A DNA stretch of 64,000 nt from a virus (IMGVR_UViG_3300028591_000106:32001-96000); one strand, 5' to 3'; numbered from the stretch's first letter, positions 13,701-25,909 are shown. The notes: generated by a model from the sequence alone, not told the origin. Numbers and translations: made by a program.

Positions 13701-16700
13701 CTGAATATAGTATGGATGATTGTGAAGTTGAAACAAACTATATTGATCTTAATAAATGTGAATACTATGATCAAAACGCCGAACCTGAAGAATGCGATTG
13801 TTCTTGCGGCGGCAAGCATTTATGTTTCTATCAAAGATTTGGATATTGTCCTTATCGCTTCGAAACAGAAAAACATGATAGACGAATTAGAACTTTAAGT
13901 GTTTCAAAGTCTAATCGTTTTAATATTATTTAGAGTGAAAGTAAGGTATTTGAAGTCTATCCTTAGTTTTACATCTAGCATAAGGAGAATGGAACAGTAG
14001 TTTAGGATGAAAATGAATAGTATCTAAAGCAAGTATATTTTATCGCAGAAAAAGGAAATGAAAATAAAATAGGTTTTAGATATGAAAAGAATCTTAAAGA
14101 TATTAGTAGAAATATAACAAGTGAGAATATTGTTACTAAGTTATATGTCTTAGATGTTGATAGTGAGCTTTCTAAAACTGGTCTTTGTTCTATAAAAACT
14201 GCTGAGGATAACCCTTCTGCAGATTCATACATTATTGATCTATCTTATTATATTGAAAAAGGTATGCTTGATGAAGATGAAGTTCAGCAAGATTTGTATG
14301 GCGTTTATCCAACTTCATCTAATTCAGAAATTCCTTCTGGCTTCTTAAGATAGCTTGGATACTATAATAAGAGATATGATGAATTAACAAATAAAATCAT
14401 CAATCTTTAGGATGCTTCCTTCAATGAACTTGAAGCTAATTTATAGGTTAATTTGCAAGGAATTATAACCGCTTAGGAGCAAATCTTAAAAGCAAAAAAG
14501 CAAATTGAAAGTTATAAATAGCTTTATGCAGCGAAGGGCGGCACGGAAGCCGATTATAAAGATCAGGCTACATATAAAAATTATCTAACTAAACTCCATG
14601 AATAGCAAGCTACATTAAGCCAGCTTATTTCAGAAACATTTTTCACAAATAAGAAAACAGATACTAGACGCTCAGTTTATTTCTCAAATGAGGGTTAGCC
14701 ATATGATGGACTAATTGAGCAGTTCTCAAGCCAAGGGTTAGATTTTGACGCTCTAGTAAATGTAACAAATCCATTAGAGTTTTTTGAATTGATTGATGAT
14801 TTTAATAAGATTTAGAAGACTTGGGTAGATAAGCATATTTATAATGCAGGTATCCTTGGCTAGTTTAACAAAGAGTATCTTCAAATTCAATAGTGGAAAA
14901 AAGAAAGAGCAAGTTACTTAAAACTAATCAATTAGATTAGCTCAGCTTTCTATAAGAAATATGAGCCTTATCTTAAAGAGGGAACTTGGTCTGATAGTAA
15001 CTATCTTACTGATAATGCTTATTACTTTGGAGCGCTTGATGTGGCGGCACAAGGAGCAATCCCAAAGGTTTCTTACAATATTTCTGTTATTGATATTTCT
15101 TAGCAGAATGAAGAATATGAATCTGCTTATAACTTTGATCTAGCTGATTCCACTTATGTCGAAGATATTGGTATGTTTGGAATCAACAAGAAAACAGGTT
15201 TTCCTAATAAGCTTAAAGTATTGATTAGCGAAGTCTCTGAAAATCCTGACGATCAGAGTAAGAATGGAATTAAGGTTTAGAACTTCACAACTCAGTTTGA
15301 AGATTTATTCTAGCAAGTAACAGCTAGCGTTTAGTCTTTGACATTTAATGAGAATATTTATAAGCGTTCTTCTAATTTCACTTCTTTGCAGAACATTTCT
15401 AATGATAGCTTGCAAGGAGCTCTTGATACAAATGACCTTACGCTTCTTGATACCGATGAAAACAATATTAAAGTTGACAATAATGGTACAAGTGGTAGTG
15501 ATATCAACAATCATGCTAATAAATATAAACTTAATGGTCAAGGATTATATTTCTCTAACGATGGCGGACAACATTGGAGCGTAGGTGTTGGACCAAAAGG
15601 TATCAATGCAGACTATATTAAGGTCGGTAATCTTGATGCAGGTAAGATAAGAATTGCTGATAGTAGCTATGTTTATTTCTCTTGGGATAAAAATGGTATT
15701 GTAGCATATAGAGATCCTGCAGGTATAAATACAGATGATCAGAATATCAATGATATGGCTATATTTAATAAGTACGGTTTAAGTATTGTTCAAAATGGTA
15801 AAATTAAACTTCGTGCAGGCTATGGCTACAATATTGATGAAGATACTATGAATGGAGATATAGACAAAGAAAAAGATTAGGAAAATCATATTGGATTTTA
15901 TTTATATAACGATATGGGTGTTCCTATTTTTGCTACGACAGAGTATGAGGGCGGCGCAAGATTAAGTTTAAGAGGAGAAATTTATGTTACTAATAAAGAT
16001 ATTAATTCAGCAGAAGGATCTTAGGTTGAAACTTCATACATATATAGTAAAAGATTAATTACTCAAGTCCAGCCTTATTATGATTTAAAGTCTGAAAATG
16101 GTTCAACAATTGTCGAACATGGTACATATGATTAGTATTTGATTCTAGCATAGGGAGACGAAATAATTATAGATGGAGAAAATTATACTGTAGATAGTCA
16201 TATTACTGATGATACTCATTATGGAGAAGATTATAAAACAGATATGTATAAAATTTTAATCCATAAAATATCTTTACATAAAACGGATGATGCATCTATC
16301 ATAAAGCAAGTTGATTTTTGCCAAGGTTATAGTTTAATAAATGATAATGAAGTGGCAAATAATTATTACTATTTTGTAAAAAATTATAATTAGAATACAG
16401 TAGTTTTTTATAAAATTACTAATGAAGTTAAACCAGAAGTTATAAAACCGAATCCTCTTACTGGATATTATTATAGCGCATAGTATAATATGGATAGTAG
16501 ATCTATAGATAGTTAGACTAATAGTATTTATTTTAGAGATGCACATCTAGCAAATAATCGTATTCTTGCTTATAAAGATAATGACGACTTGCATTGGACA
16601 GAATAGACCGTTAGAACTGGTAGCGTTGGTTCAAATACTCCAGTATCTTTATATATGAATAATAGTAAACCAGCAACAAATACTTAGGAAGATAGAATTT

Positions 16701-17188
16701 TTTCTTGTGTTAAATGGAGAGATAATCCAAGCACTGGTAGCTCTCATGTTGAAAATTTGTTTACTATTTTAAAAGGTGGTTCACTTTATATTGGAGGAGA
16801 TGTATGGGAATATACTTCTGATACTGGAGACGCCTATAGAGACCCTTCAGACTTAGATAATTTAGGACATAGAGTGTATGTAACGAATCCAGGTATTTCA
16901 ATTATATAGGGAAAATTACACTTAGCATTTTCTTCTGTAATTGATACAACATCTAATCAAAAATTAGATGATTTTGTTCGAGAAGCAGTATCTTAGGGAA
17001 CAAGTGAATTAATTGGACATCATGATCATAGAATATATGTAGATGGAGCAAATACAAAATAGTTTGTAATAGATCCAGAAAGTTAGATAAGTCCAGGAGA
17101 TTAGGTCGCCGCATTTTTAAATGGCGTTTCTATTATTATATTAGCTCCAGGATATGGATATGATATAGGATATACATCTTATTATTGA
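10787..17188 (+). CDS. Large tail/baseplate hub (Tal-like) protein (~2133 aa)
   Basis: Fragments 10787, 11543, 11915, 13319, 13712 and 15338 are in one frame, joined by TAG; ends TGA. Contains FRYEKNLKDISR...IVTKLYV and GINADYIKVGNLDA motifs typical of phage tail proteins. Confidence 0.78.
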
Positions 17189-17198
17189 GGTGAAAGGA

Positions 17199-17579
17199 AT
17201 GGTTTACAGCAATGGAAATTTATATGCTTTAAAATCACTTTTAGATAAAATTAAGAAGCTTCATTTTTCAGTTCAAACACAATATAAGTTTCTTAAAATT
17301 AATAAAGTGGTTTTAAGTGAGATTGATATTTTTGAGCAACAAAAGCAATCTCTCATTGAGAGCTATGCTGAGTTTGATGAAAATAATAAGCTCATTGTAT
17401 CAGAAAATGGAGGAATCAAGATTAAAGAAGAATGTCTTTAGGAGTGTGTTGATAAAATAAATGAAATTAATGCTCTTCAAATTACATTTCCAGACATTTA
17501 CTTCTCTCTTGATGAACTTGAACCTCTTGGCTTAACCCTTGAGGAACTTGAACTTCTTGATCCATTTATTAAAGACTAA
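17199..17579 (+). CDS. Hypothetical tail-module protein (DUF1617-like)
   Basis: SD plus ATG, one TAG, ends TAA; acidic Leu-rich C-terminus (LTLEELELLDPFI). Confidence 0.65.
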
Positions 17580-17580
17580 C

Positions 17581-17615
17581 AAAAAAGGGGGTAGGTTTTA
17601 AACCTACTCCCTTTT
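17581..17615. terminator. Bidirectional terminator at the convergence of the plus and minus blocks
   Basis: AAAAAAGGGGGTAGGTTT/AAACCTACTCCCTTTT hairpin flanked by A and T tracts. Confidence 0.85.
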
Positions 17616-18336
17616 AAAATTCTATCATTCGATTTTGTTGTCCATCATCTGCCGCCCAGCGGCCAATTAAAATCGCATCGGCTTCGTCCTAAGTGACTTG
17701 CACATCATACAATGTTTTTACTAGAATCTAAGCATTCTTCTTTTTGTCATTTCTTTCCTTACCACGGATATTATTAAATGCTCGCCAAGTAGAAGGTGAA
17801 ACGATTTTATAAATAATGCCATTTTCATAGCAATAATTCTTCAAAACTCCTTGAAGATGAGCTAGCTTTTTGTAAGTTACAACAGCTTCACCGCCATCAA
17901 ACTTCTAAAGCTAAATATCTTCAAAAACAACAAGATCAGGCTTCCAAGTTTGAATCATATTTGCAACCCAGTGTTTTGTTTGAGCAATTTTTTCTGTACT
18001 ATGACTTCCAGAAGATGTCCATTTACCAAACTTAACTAAAGTTAAATTATCAAATACTGACCATCCACTTGTGTTTGCCGCCTAGTCAAAAGCTAAAATT
18101 CTATGAGCTTTTCTATCCTTCTTCGGCGCAGTATCATTCATCTAATAATACTTATTAGCTTTACAAATTGGACATTCTTTATGGCGGCGCCAGTATTCCA
18201 TTGTTAAATAATTGTCATGCTTGTTTGGACACTAAAACTACATTTGAGTTTTCAAATTGGTATATGAAGTGGAAATCAGCCTCCATCCGGCTGACTCCAC
18301 TTCTAATTTTATATCTTCGTACTTTAATCGTGCCAT
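17614..18336 (-). CDS. RuvC-like Holliday junction resolvase with N-terminal Zn-finger
   Basis: Absent from the ORF track because of many TAGs. Reads CPNKH...CPIC, then RILAFD(Q)AANTSGWSVFD, VVFEDI(Q), (Q)DEADAILIG (RuvC acidic residues). Confidence 0.8.
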
Positions 18337-18343
18337 TAAAGCA

Positions 18344-19195
18344 TCAACTCTTTACTCCGGTACTTCCAAAACCACCTTCACCGCGCTCTGTTGTACCGAG
18401 GTCTTCAACAGTTTCTACCTCTTCCCACTTGATACGAGGAACAGGAGAAATAACAAGTTGAGCAATCTTCATTCCCTTATCAATTACATAAGGAATATCT
18501 TTTGTATTAGTCATGATAATACCAATTTCACCACGATAATCAGAGTCAATAGTGCCTGGAGCATTCGCAATTCTAAGACCAGACTTCAAGCTTAATCCGC
18601 TACGAGGACGGACTTGAATCTCATAACCGACAGGAATTGCAACTGCAATACCAGTCTTTACAATCTTAGTCTCTCCAGCGGCAATAGTTGTTCCTTCAAC
18701 AGCGTAAACATCTGCACCAGCATCAGTTGGATGAGCATATTGAGGAATAATTGCTTCAGGATCGAGCTTAGTAATTTTTACCTTAACATATTCTCTACAG
18801 CCGCCCTTAAGGATCTCCTCGGCAATATCAATAGAGTTTGTAAAGATAGATGAAATAAGATCCTTCTTGTTTTCAGAAAGTGATTCATCATCAGTAATCT
18901 CAGAGAGAAAAACTGAAAGTTCTGCTCTAAGCATCTTTAAATCTTCAGGTGGATTCATTTTCATTTGAGAAACAAGGTCTCTCTGTGCATCAGGATTCTC
19001 AAAGAGTCCTTTTACTCTTTCCTTATAAGTCGGATAAATTGCATCAAAAGCAGGATCGGGAAGTTCAAGAACATAAACGAATTGCTCTAAAGAGGTTGGA
19101 TCTAGTGCCAGAGCATTACCGATTGCCTACTGAAGTTCTGGCTTTAATTTGACTTTCTTATTATCGTTCTTATGTTGTTCAATATTAGCCTTCAT
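18344..19195 (-). CDS. dut: dUTPase (trimeric) with ~130-aa N-terminal extension
   Basis: AGADV, RPRSGL, GTIDSDYRGE, AQLV and RGEGGFGSTG motifs; extended to ATG 19195 through one TAG (codon 23). Confidence 0.92.
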
Positions 19196-19943
19196 TATTA
19201 TTGTCCTCCGTATTTTCATTTGGGATGCCATTTATATTGGTACAAATGTCATCAATAATGTTATATTTAATAGCACTTTTTACATCAAAATACCAATCAT
19301 CTGTCTTATGCTTATCATAAAGCTCTGGAGAAATATCTGTATGTCCCAAAACATACTTTTTAATTTCTTTTAACATACCCTTATAATTATCAGATTGCTG
19401 TAAAGCCTTATGTGCATCTCCTGAAATTAAAGTAGAACCCTAATGGAACATAAAGGAAGCGTGTGGGAAAGCATATCTCTAATGACCAGCAAGAGTAATA
19501 AAGAATCCTCCGCTATAAGCAGTACCAGTAACAATCGTTACAACAGGTGTTTTAGAATTTTCAATGCAATCAATAATTAACCAAGTCGCATAAAGATCGC
19601 CGCCTGGAGTATTGATATAAAATTGAATAGCAGGTCTTAATTCTTCTGGTACCTCATTAAAAATATCTTGTGCATTCCAGAACTAAATCTGCTGTAAGAT
19701 TCGCTGTGCAATCTCATCGGTAATTTCTTCATTAAGATAAATCTTTCTATCTACGAAATGAAATTTCTGTAATACATCAATAGGATTATAGTCATTCTGT
19801 GGACCAGTTAGCTCTTTGATAAAATTATCTGCCTAAATACCTTCAAGCTATTCATAAACCTATCTAAGTTCTTCACTGAATGTTTCAAATGGTTTAAGGT
19901 TCCCCTGTGAGTCAAAAAAGTCAAGTCTAATTTCTTTATCCAT
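19185..19943 (-). CDS. clpP: ClpP-family serine protease
   Basis: DRKIYLNEEI, FYINTPGGD, GTAYSGG (Ser), FMFH(TAG=Q)GS (His), DWYFDVKSAIKYNIIDDI (Asp region). Confidence 0.9.
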
Positions 19944-20103
19944 TTTGTTCCTCCTCAAGAGCAGCGATCTGGTCTTTTATTGCAGTAATCTCATTCACTA
20001 GCTCATTAATTTCTGGATTTAAAGTAAAGATGTGTAACTCAAGCTTTTGCAGCTCTTCCTCTTTTTGCTTAAGCTCGAATTTTAGTTGATCAAGAGTTGT
20101 CAT
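19936..20103 (-). CDS. Small coiled-coil hypothetical protein (55 aa)
   Basis: Strong SD (AGGAGG), lies directly behind a promoter, stop overlaps the clpP start. Confidence 0.65.
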   Translation of the reverse strand: MTTLDQLKFELKQKEEELQKLELHIFTLNPEINELVNEITAIKDQIAALEEEQNG

Positions 20104-20126
20104 TATCATCCCTCCTTTATAATAAT

Positions 20127-20155
20127 ATTATACCATAAAATGTGAATTAAGTCAA
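20127..20155 (-). promoter_or_regulatory. sigmaA-type promoter
   Basis: TTGACT-17-TATAAT with TGG extension. Confidence 0.8.
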
Positions 20156-21079
20156 GTATTTAAGGTATTTATCCTTAAATTGCTGTGGGGTTATATCTTG
20201 TGGGTTTTGATATAATAGCTCTTTCGGTTTGAAATTAAAATGAAAGCTATCAATAGGAAGATATCCACTATATTTTTTTCTAAAATCCACATAACTATTT
20301 TGTTCACGGTTCTAACCCCAGTGAATAATAGTTGTACCTAATTCATCATTAGGGCAAGGAAAATGAAAAGGAATCCTTTCATTTGAAAAGGTTTTAACAA
20401 AGGCAATGAAAGCTAACAGCTCTTTGTGAGAAACGGTTAAATTGTTAAAAAATATATTTTTAGTATCTAGCAATTCTCTTACAAGTTCTTCATCAAAAGA
20501 TATAGGAACAACAATCTTCGCGCCTGCATAGTTTTTATGCATAAGACTTTTTATCTGATCTTCGCCGGGATATAGTGTATAGATAAATTTAATATTATTG
20601 TCAAAATGATCAAATAACTCTTCCCAGTCATAATTATCCATGAAGTCTCGATCAGCAACATATGTAATGCCCGCGCCGGTTCTTACTCCTGAAAAATCTT
20701 TATCTCGCCAACTAATAAGGCTGTTCTGTCGAATTGACTTAAATAGCGTCTTATTTTTAATACGATCATAATTCATTTCATATGGCGTGAAGTCTGGCGG
20801 CGTAGCTAATGTTTCTGCAAGAAGATTTGATTTACCATAGAAGCCATATCCAACCATTTTTCCTTTTTCAGTATTGATTGTTAATCCTTTTGGAATAGGA
20901 TTCTTTCCTTCTTTAAAGTAGAAGATTTTATTGTATCGTCCTGTATTTTCATAAGGCTTCATCATAATAACAATATGACCTTCATCAGAAAGCTTTCTAT
21001 AAGCCTTCATCAAAGGAAGGCTTATAGAAAAATTTTGTCCATGATTAAAGTCGATATCATAAAGTCCAATTGTTGCCAT
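20147..21079 (-). CDS. Hypothetical protein resembling a phage radical-SAM-family N-terminus; CxxxCxxC absent
   Basis: MATIGLYDID..N..LPLMK; one TAG at 20312 read through to TAA 20147. Confidence 0.6.
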
Positions 21080-24000
21080 TATTCATCTACCTCCGCACGC
21101 TCTGTTGTAGACTTGGTGATAAATCCATCTGCATCCATTTCTTCGATTTTTTCAAAAAGAGGGAAGCTAGTGTTTTTATATTTCTTCGGAACGAAATCGT
21201 CTTCTCTTCTAATACCAGTTATAATCAATTTATTACCGCGTGCGAAGAAACTCTTTTCAATAACAGTTTTTGTACCGTCTGGATTCTTTCGGCTAATTTG
21301 ACGATCCCATTTAGCATACTGATTCTTCCAAACTTTTACATTAACTACCTGCATTTCCGGTGTTAAGATCGTTACTGTACTTTTGTTCTTATCTTTATCA
21401 ATAACCGTACCACAAATACGACTGATCTCATAAAGACGAATGATTCCACCATCTTTAGATTTAAATTCGCTTGCAATTTTTGGCTGTTCATCCAGATACT
21501 CAAATGGAGTAATATTATAGGCTCCAAATTTCAAATCTTTCAACTCATGTTCATGACAATAAGTTCCAAGAGAATCCATATCCCATTTATCAATTGAGCC
21601 AAGAGCATACTTCTGTCTCACTTCTTCATAAAGTGCATTATTAAGTTGAGTAAGAATCTCCATTTGATTCTTTTTCATCCAAGCCCTGACTCTATCCATT
21701 GACTTCTGATAGATTGTTTCCCATTTAGTTTGCTTAATCAAAGCATAAGATTCAAACAAGCTAATATTCACAGTTTCAAGCAAATCTGGATCAAAATGGT
21801 CTGTGAAGAACTTTACTGCGGCATCATCAAGACGGTAACAATCACCTTCAACATTGCCCTTCAAATACTTATTGAAGTTATAGACTTTTGCTTCAAATAC
21901 AAGATCATCTGGGATTAAATCTTTTTTCATCAGCATCATCATATTTTGAAGTGTGATTCTCTTTTTCTTATCTGCGATAAGATCAAGATACTTCATCATT
22001 ACTTCTACTCTATTGCCGCGATAAAGATTATCAAAAGCACCAGATTTAATTAAAGACACCATTTGAGTTTTATTAACCTTAACTTTTGCCATAAAATCTT
22101 CCATTGAAGTGTAAGGTCTATTTGCAATAATTTCATAAACAAGCGCAGTTCCAATTCTATCAATACCTTTAAGTCCATAAATAATAGCATTTGCTTCGAC
22201 ATCAGGCTTAAAGATAAGATCAGATTTATTTATGTCTGGCGGCAAAACATTAATGCCGGCTTTCTTTGACTTACCGAGAGCAACACTAATCTTACCATAG
22301 TTAACAGACTTATTCTTTTTCTTCTTTGGAGTATCTTCACTTTCGTCATCTTCTTCTTCTCTATCGACATCGTCTGCATCAAGAAGATCTGCACCACCTG
22401 CATTTGTAATCAAACAAGCACAATTCCAATAAATATCATTATACTGCGTTGCAAGTACAAGTGTTTGAATGCCTACATAAGAATAAGCTAATGCGTGAGG
22501 CTTTGCAAAAGAATACCCCATTTGAGGTCCCATTGTAGTTTCCCACACATACTCTCCGAAGTTCTTTGTTTCACACGCATTGATAAACTTTTCATGTAAC
22601 TCTGGAATCTTATCCATCTTTTTCTTAGCAACAATTTTTCTTGTTGCGTTAGCTTCAGACAAAGAAAAGTTTGCTACATGCTCGTCCATGCAAATCTCCA
22701 TCATATCTTCCTGAGATGCAGGAACACCATAGTTAGGGAGATAATATGGTTCAAGAGTTTTAATTTGAGATTCAGTCAATCCTGCCGTTCTACATTCTTG
22801 ATACCAAGCACTCATATCTTCCTTTAATCTACAATATCTATCAAGAGGTCTCTCCTTATCTTTTTCTCCCATCAATCTCATTAGAGCATTTGCAGACATC
22901 ATCTCAGTAGGATTACGAGGCTTAACCTGTTTTGCTGTTGCAAGACCAACACCAGTACTGAACTGGAATACATCAAGAACTTTACCTTCGCCAAGTGCAT
23001 CCCAAATTTCAGAATTGTTCAAATCAATAACATCAGGATTCAAATATTTATCATATGCTTCTCTTAAACTTAAATTCGGATCCATAAGACCATCTTTTTG
23101 TAACAGGTTAACTGCAATAGTGATCTTATCACAAATTTCTGTAACAAGGAAGTCATACTTAACATCGCCCAATGATTCTGCTTCATGAAGTGAATATTGC
23201 GTAGTTAAGTCTCCATTAGGACTTCTCATGATTGCTCCAGTTTCAAATGGGCTTTCATTATAAAGAATAACACCAGATGCGTGCTGTCCTCTTTTATTTA
23301 CAAGACCATCAATAGACTCAATGATGTCAAGAAGCCCCGGATATTTATTCAGCTCATTTACAAGAGCTTGGATTGGCTTTCTTTCTTTCTCTTCATTGCC
23401 ATAAACTGCATCATGAATTGACCACAAGAAACCACGCTCTTGAGGAATCAAAGAGCTAAAATATAGAGCCGTATCAGAATCAATTCCTTCAGGATATGCC
23501 TCAGAACGATAACCTCTACATGCCGCGGCAATAGCTGAACGAGTTCCTTCTGTACCATAAGTACAAACCTGAATAACATTCAGTTCTCCACGCTCCTGAC
23601 GAATCGCTTTAAAGATTGAACTTCTCTTTGAAGGAGTAAGGTCAATATCAATATCAGGCAACTCTACACGCTCTTCATTAAGAAAACGCCAATATTTAAG
23701 TCCCCACTTCAGAGGATCAAGTTGAGTAATTCCAAGAAGATAATTACTTAAGAAACAAACTGCAGAACCACGCCCAGGTCCAACGATTGAACCATTATCC
23801 CAGAACAAGTCAATATAATGCTTAAAAGTATTAAAATATTCATAAAGGCAGTTGCCGAGCTTTTCACCAACAACTTTAATAACTCTAGCTTCTGTTTCAA
23901 GTCTCTTTAAATATTCAGAGTTAATCAAGTTCTTATCTTTTAATGAAATAAAGCATTCATTTACCCAATATCTTTCCTGCTCATTATCACTCATAAACAA

Positions 24001-25014
24001 TTGGATAAGAGTCGGATAATCCCCTTTAAATGTCATTGGGATTTTAGGATATTGATGAACTGTGACTTTAGGAATGATTGGCTGCCTAAATAAATCGTAA
24101 GTCTCAATTTTGTCATAAATTTCCATTGAGTTACGGCACATTTCAAAAAACTCTTCCAAATCAAAAGTTCCTTGAAGATTGCCAAATGCTTCTTCATTAT
24201 CCATCATATGAGAATAAGCATAAAACTCGTCAACTTCTCGCTCTGCTTCTTTTGAGTTAAGATATGCTTTATGAACCTGACGCTCTTTTGCAGTTAAATA
24301 GTGGGCATCAGAACCAATAACAAGTTTTCTTCCATATGCTCTCGCAATAGACTTAACACGCTCATTAAACTTTATCTGGTCCTTTGATGCCGCGGCGGCA
24401 ATTTCAATATAAAAGTCATCACCAAACAAATCTATGTTCCAACGAATAAACTCGTCAATTTTCATTTTCCAATCATAGATCTCTGCTTCACTATTATTAT
24501 GCTCAGCTTTGATCAACTCAAAAACAAAATGAGGAAGTTCTCCACCAATACAGGCTGTTGTTGCAATTAAAGTATTCGGATACTTTCTTACAATTTCTTC
24601 AAGCTCATTCTTTTGAGTCGGCACTCTCATAATACCACGAGAGTTAAAACCATTATACCATGCGATAGAACTAAGTTCTCTTAAGGCTCTATGTCCTTCA
24701 GTATTCTTCGCAATAAGAATGTAGTGCCAATATCTTTCAATATTGGTCCTATCATCAACCAAATAAATCTCATTGCCGCAAGCACATTTAAATTCTTTCG
24801 GAATCAAACCTTTTTCCTTTAATTCCTTTTCACACATCAGCCATTCGACATGACCGGCAACAGTCTCGTGGTCTGTCAATGCAATACCAGCCATTCCAAG
24901 TTTGTGTGCTGTTAAAATCATATCTTTTGGACGATTGATAGAATCAATCAATCTAAAATTTGAAAACATGCTATGGCTATGGTCATCAAATCTAGGTACA
25001 CTATTAAGATCCAT
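21079..25014 (-). CDS. dnaE: DNA polymerase III alpha subunit
   Basis: PHP domain (HSHS, ALTDH), GPGRGSA, LPDIDID, GQHASGV; 1311 aa with no TAG. Confidence 0.96.
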   Translation of the reverse strand: MDLNSVPRFDDHSHSMFSNFRLIDSINRPKDMILTAHKLGMAGIALTDHETVAGHVEWLMCEKELKEKGLIPKEFKCACGNEIYLVDDRTNIERYWHYILIAKNTEGHRALRELSSIAWYNGFNSRGIMRVPTQKNELEEIVRKYPNTLIATTACIGGELPHFVFELIKAEHNNSEAEIYDWKMKIDEFIRWNIDLFGDDFYIEIAAAASKDQIKFNERVKSIARAYGRKLVIGSDAHYLTAKERQVHKAYLNSKEAEREVDEFYAYSHMMDNEEAFGNLQGTFDLEEFFEMCRNSMEIYDKIETYDLFRQPIIPKVTVHQYPKIPMTFKGDYPTLIQLFMSDNEQERYWVNECFISLKDKNLINSEYLKRLETEARVIKVVGEKLGNCLYEYFNTFKHYIDLFWDNGSIVGPGRGSAVCFLSNYLLGITQLDPLKWGLKYWRFLNEERVELPDIDIDLTPSKRSSIFKAIRQERGELNVIQVCTYGTEGTRSAIAAACRGYRSEAYPEGIDSDTALYFSSLIPQERGFLWSIHDAVYGNEEKERKPIQALVNELNKYPGLLDIIESIDGLVNKRGQHASGVILYNESPFETGAIMRSPNGDLTTQYSLHEAESLGDVKYDFLVTEICDKITIAVNLLQKDGLMDPNLSLREAYDKYLNPDVIDLNNSEIWDALGEGKVLDVFQFSTGVGLATAKQVKPRNPTEMMSANALMRLMGEKDKERPLDRYCRLKEDMSAWYQECRTAGLTESQIKTLEPYYLPNYGVPASQEDMMEICMDEHVANFSLSEANATRKIVAKKKMDKIPELHEKFINACETKNFGEYVWETTMGPQMGYSFAKPHALAYSYVGIQTLVLATQYNDIYWNCACLITNAGGADLLDADDVDREEEDDESEDTPKKKKNKSVNYGKISVALGKSKKAGINVLPPDINKSDLIFKPDVEANAIIYGLKGIDRIGTALVYEIIANRPYTSMEDFMAKVKVNKTQMVSLIKSGAFDNLYRGNRVEVMMKYLDLIADKKKRITLQNMMMLMKKDLIPDDLVFEAKVYNFNKYLKGNVEGDCYRLDDAAVKFFTDHFDPDLLETVNISLFESYALIKQTKWETIYQKSMDRVRAWMKKNQMEILTQLNNALYEEVRQKYALGSIDKWDMDSLGTYCHEHELKDLKFGAYNITPFEYLDEQPKIASEFKSKDGGIIRLYEISRICGTVIDKDKNKSTVTILTPEMQVVNVKVWKNQYAKWDRQISRKNPDGTKTVIEKSFFARGNKLIITGIRREDDFVPKKYKNTSFPLFEKIEEMDADGFITKSTTERAEVDE

Positions 25015-25090
25015 TATTTACCTCCATCAATGCCGCCGAGCTATTAAGCAGGGACATTCATTTAAGTCTTTTTTACCTCTTTATATATAT

Positions 25091-25119
25091 ATTATACCAT
25101 ATTTTATAAAAAAAGTCAA
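25091..25119 (-). promoter_or_regulatory. sigmaA-type promoter for dnaE
   Basis: TTGACT-17-TATAAT with TGG extension; the -35 lies inside an upstream hairpin (about 25112-25143). Confidence 0.8.
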
Positions 25120-25246
25120 GGGTTTTAACGCCCCTGACTTTTCTTCTACTTATTTGATTTCTGGATTTCCTTATTGCGTCTTTCGATAGCATCCTTATTC
25201 TTTTCGATACGCTCAATCCACTCTTTCTTATTATCGGTTCTCATGC

Positions 25247-25558
25247 TCATTGAAATTCACCCCTAAATGGTTCTTTATCAAGGCTTAAAGTTCCAATTGT
25301 TGGAACGATGCCAGCTCCAGCAAGTAGCTGCTCTAAAACAGTATCTACATCATCAACAATTACATATGCGCTGAAGAATTTTCTGTCAATGACTTCCTGA
25401 ACTGTATGCACAGCGACTGGCGGCAAGCCAAGCTCTCTGCAGCGATCCTTATAAATCTTAGGATTCCATGCGGTCAAAATTGGACAATGAAGTCTTGCAG
25501 CTTCTTTACAAGCCCAAGTAGTTTTTCCGAATCCACGCGGCATAATAATAAATTTCAT
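25247..25558 (-). CDS. Small P-loop-like protein
   Basis: MPRGFGKTT (Walker A-like) and VIVDD (Walker B-like). Confidence 0.6.
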   Translation of the reverse strand: MKFIIMPRGFGKTTWACKEAARLHCPILTAWNPKIYKDRCRELGLPPVAVHTVQEVIDRKFFSAYVIVDDVDTVLEQLLAGAGIVPTIGTLSLDKEPFRGEFQ

Positions 25559-25578
25559 TCAATCAACTCCGTTAAAAA

Positions 25579-25782
25579 TTATTGCCATTTCTTTACTAAG
25601 GTTACAATAACCCATTCATCAATGATCTCACCCTTGGATTTCTTATCTTTCTTTACCATTTTATAAGAAACCAATTCATATCCCTCTCCTTCAGGATCAC
25701 GCTTAGCCTAGTCAATTAACGCCTAGGCTTCAGCTTCATTATTGACTCTCCATTCCTCTGTCTTCTTGCATAGTTCTCCCAT
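25579..25782 (-). CDS. Hypothetical protein (67 aa)
   Basis: Open only with two TAG readthroughs; SD present; ends TAA. Confidence 0.6.
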
Positions 25783-25909
25783 TATCTTCTCCCTCCCAAT
25801 CTGGAACTTTTACATCTGTCAAAGTAGTAACATATTGCCATTCTCCATTATGAAGGCGGTATATATTTACTGATTCTATATCTTTTAATATAAATTCCAT
25901 TATATCTCC

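Noticed and set aside
25125-25900. Very small ORFs 25125-25250 and 25739-25900 (also 39952-40059)
   Set aside because: Plausible by gene packing, but too short and motif-free to support.
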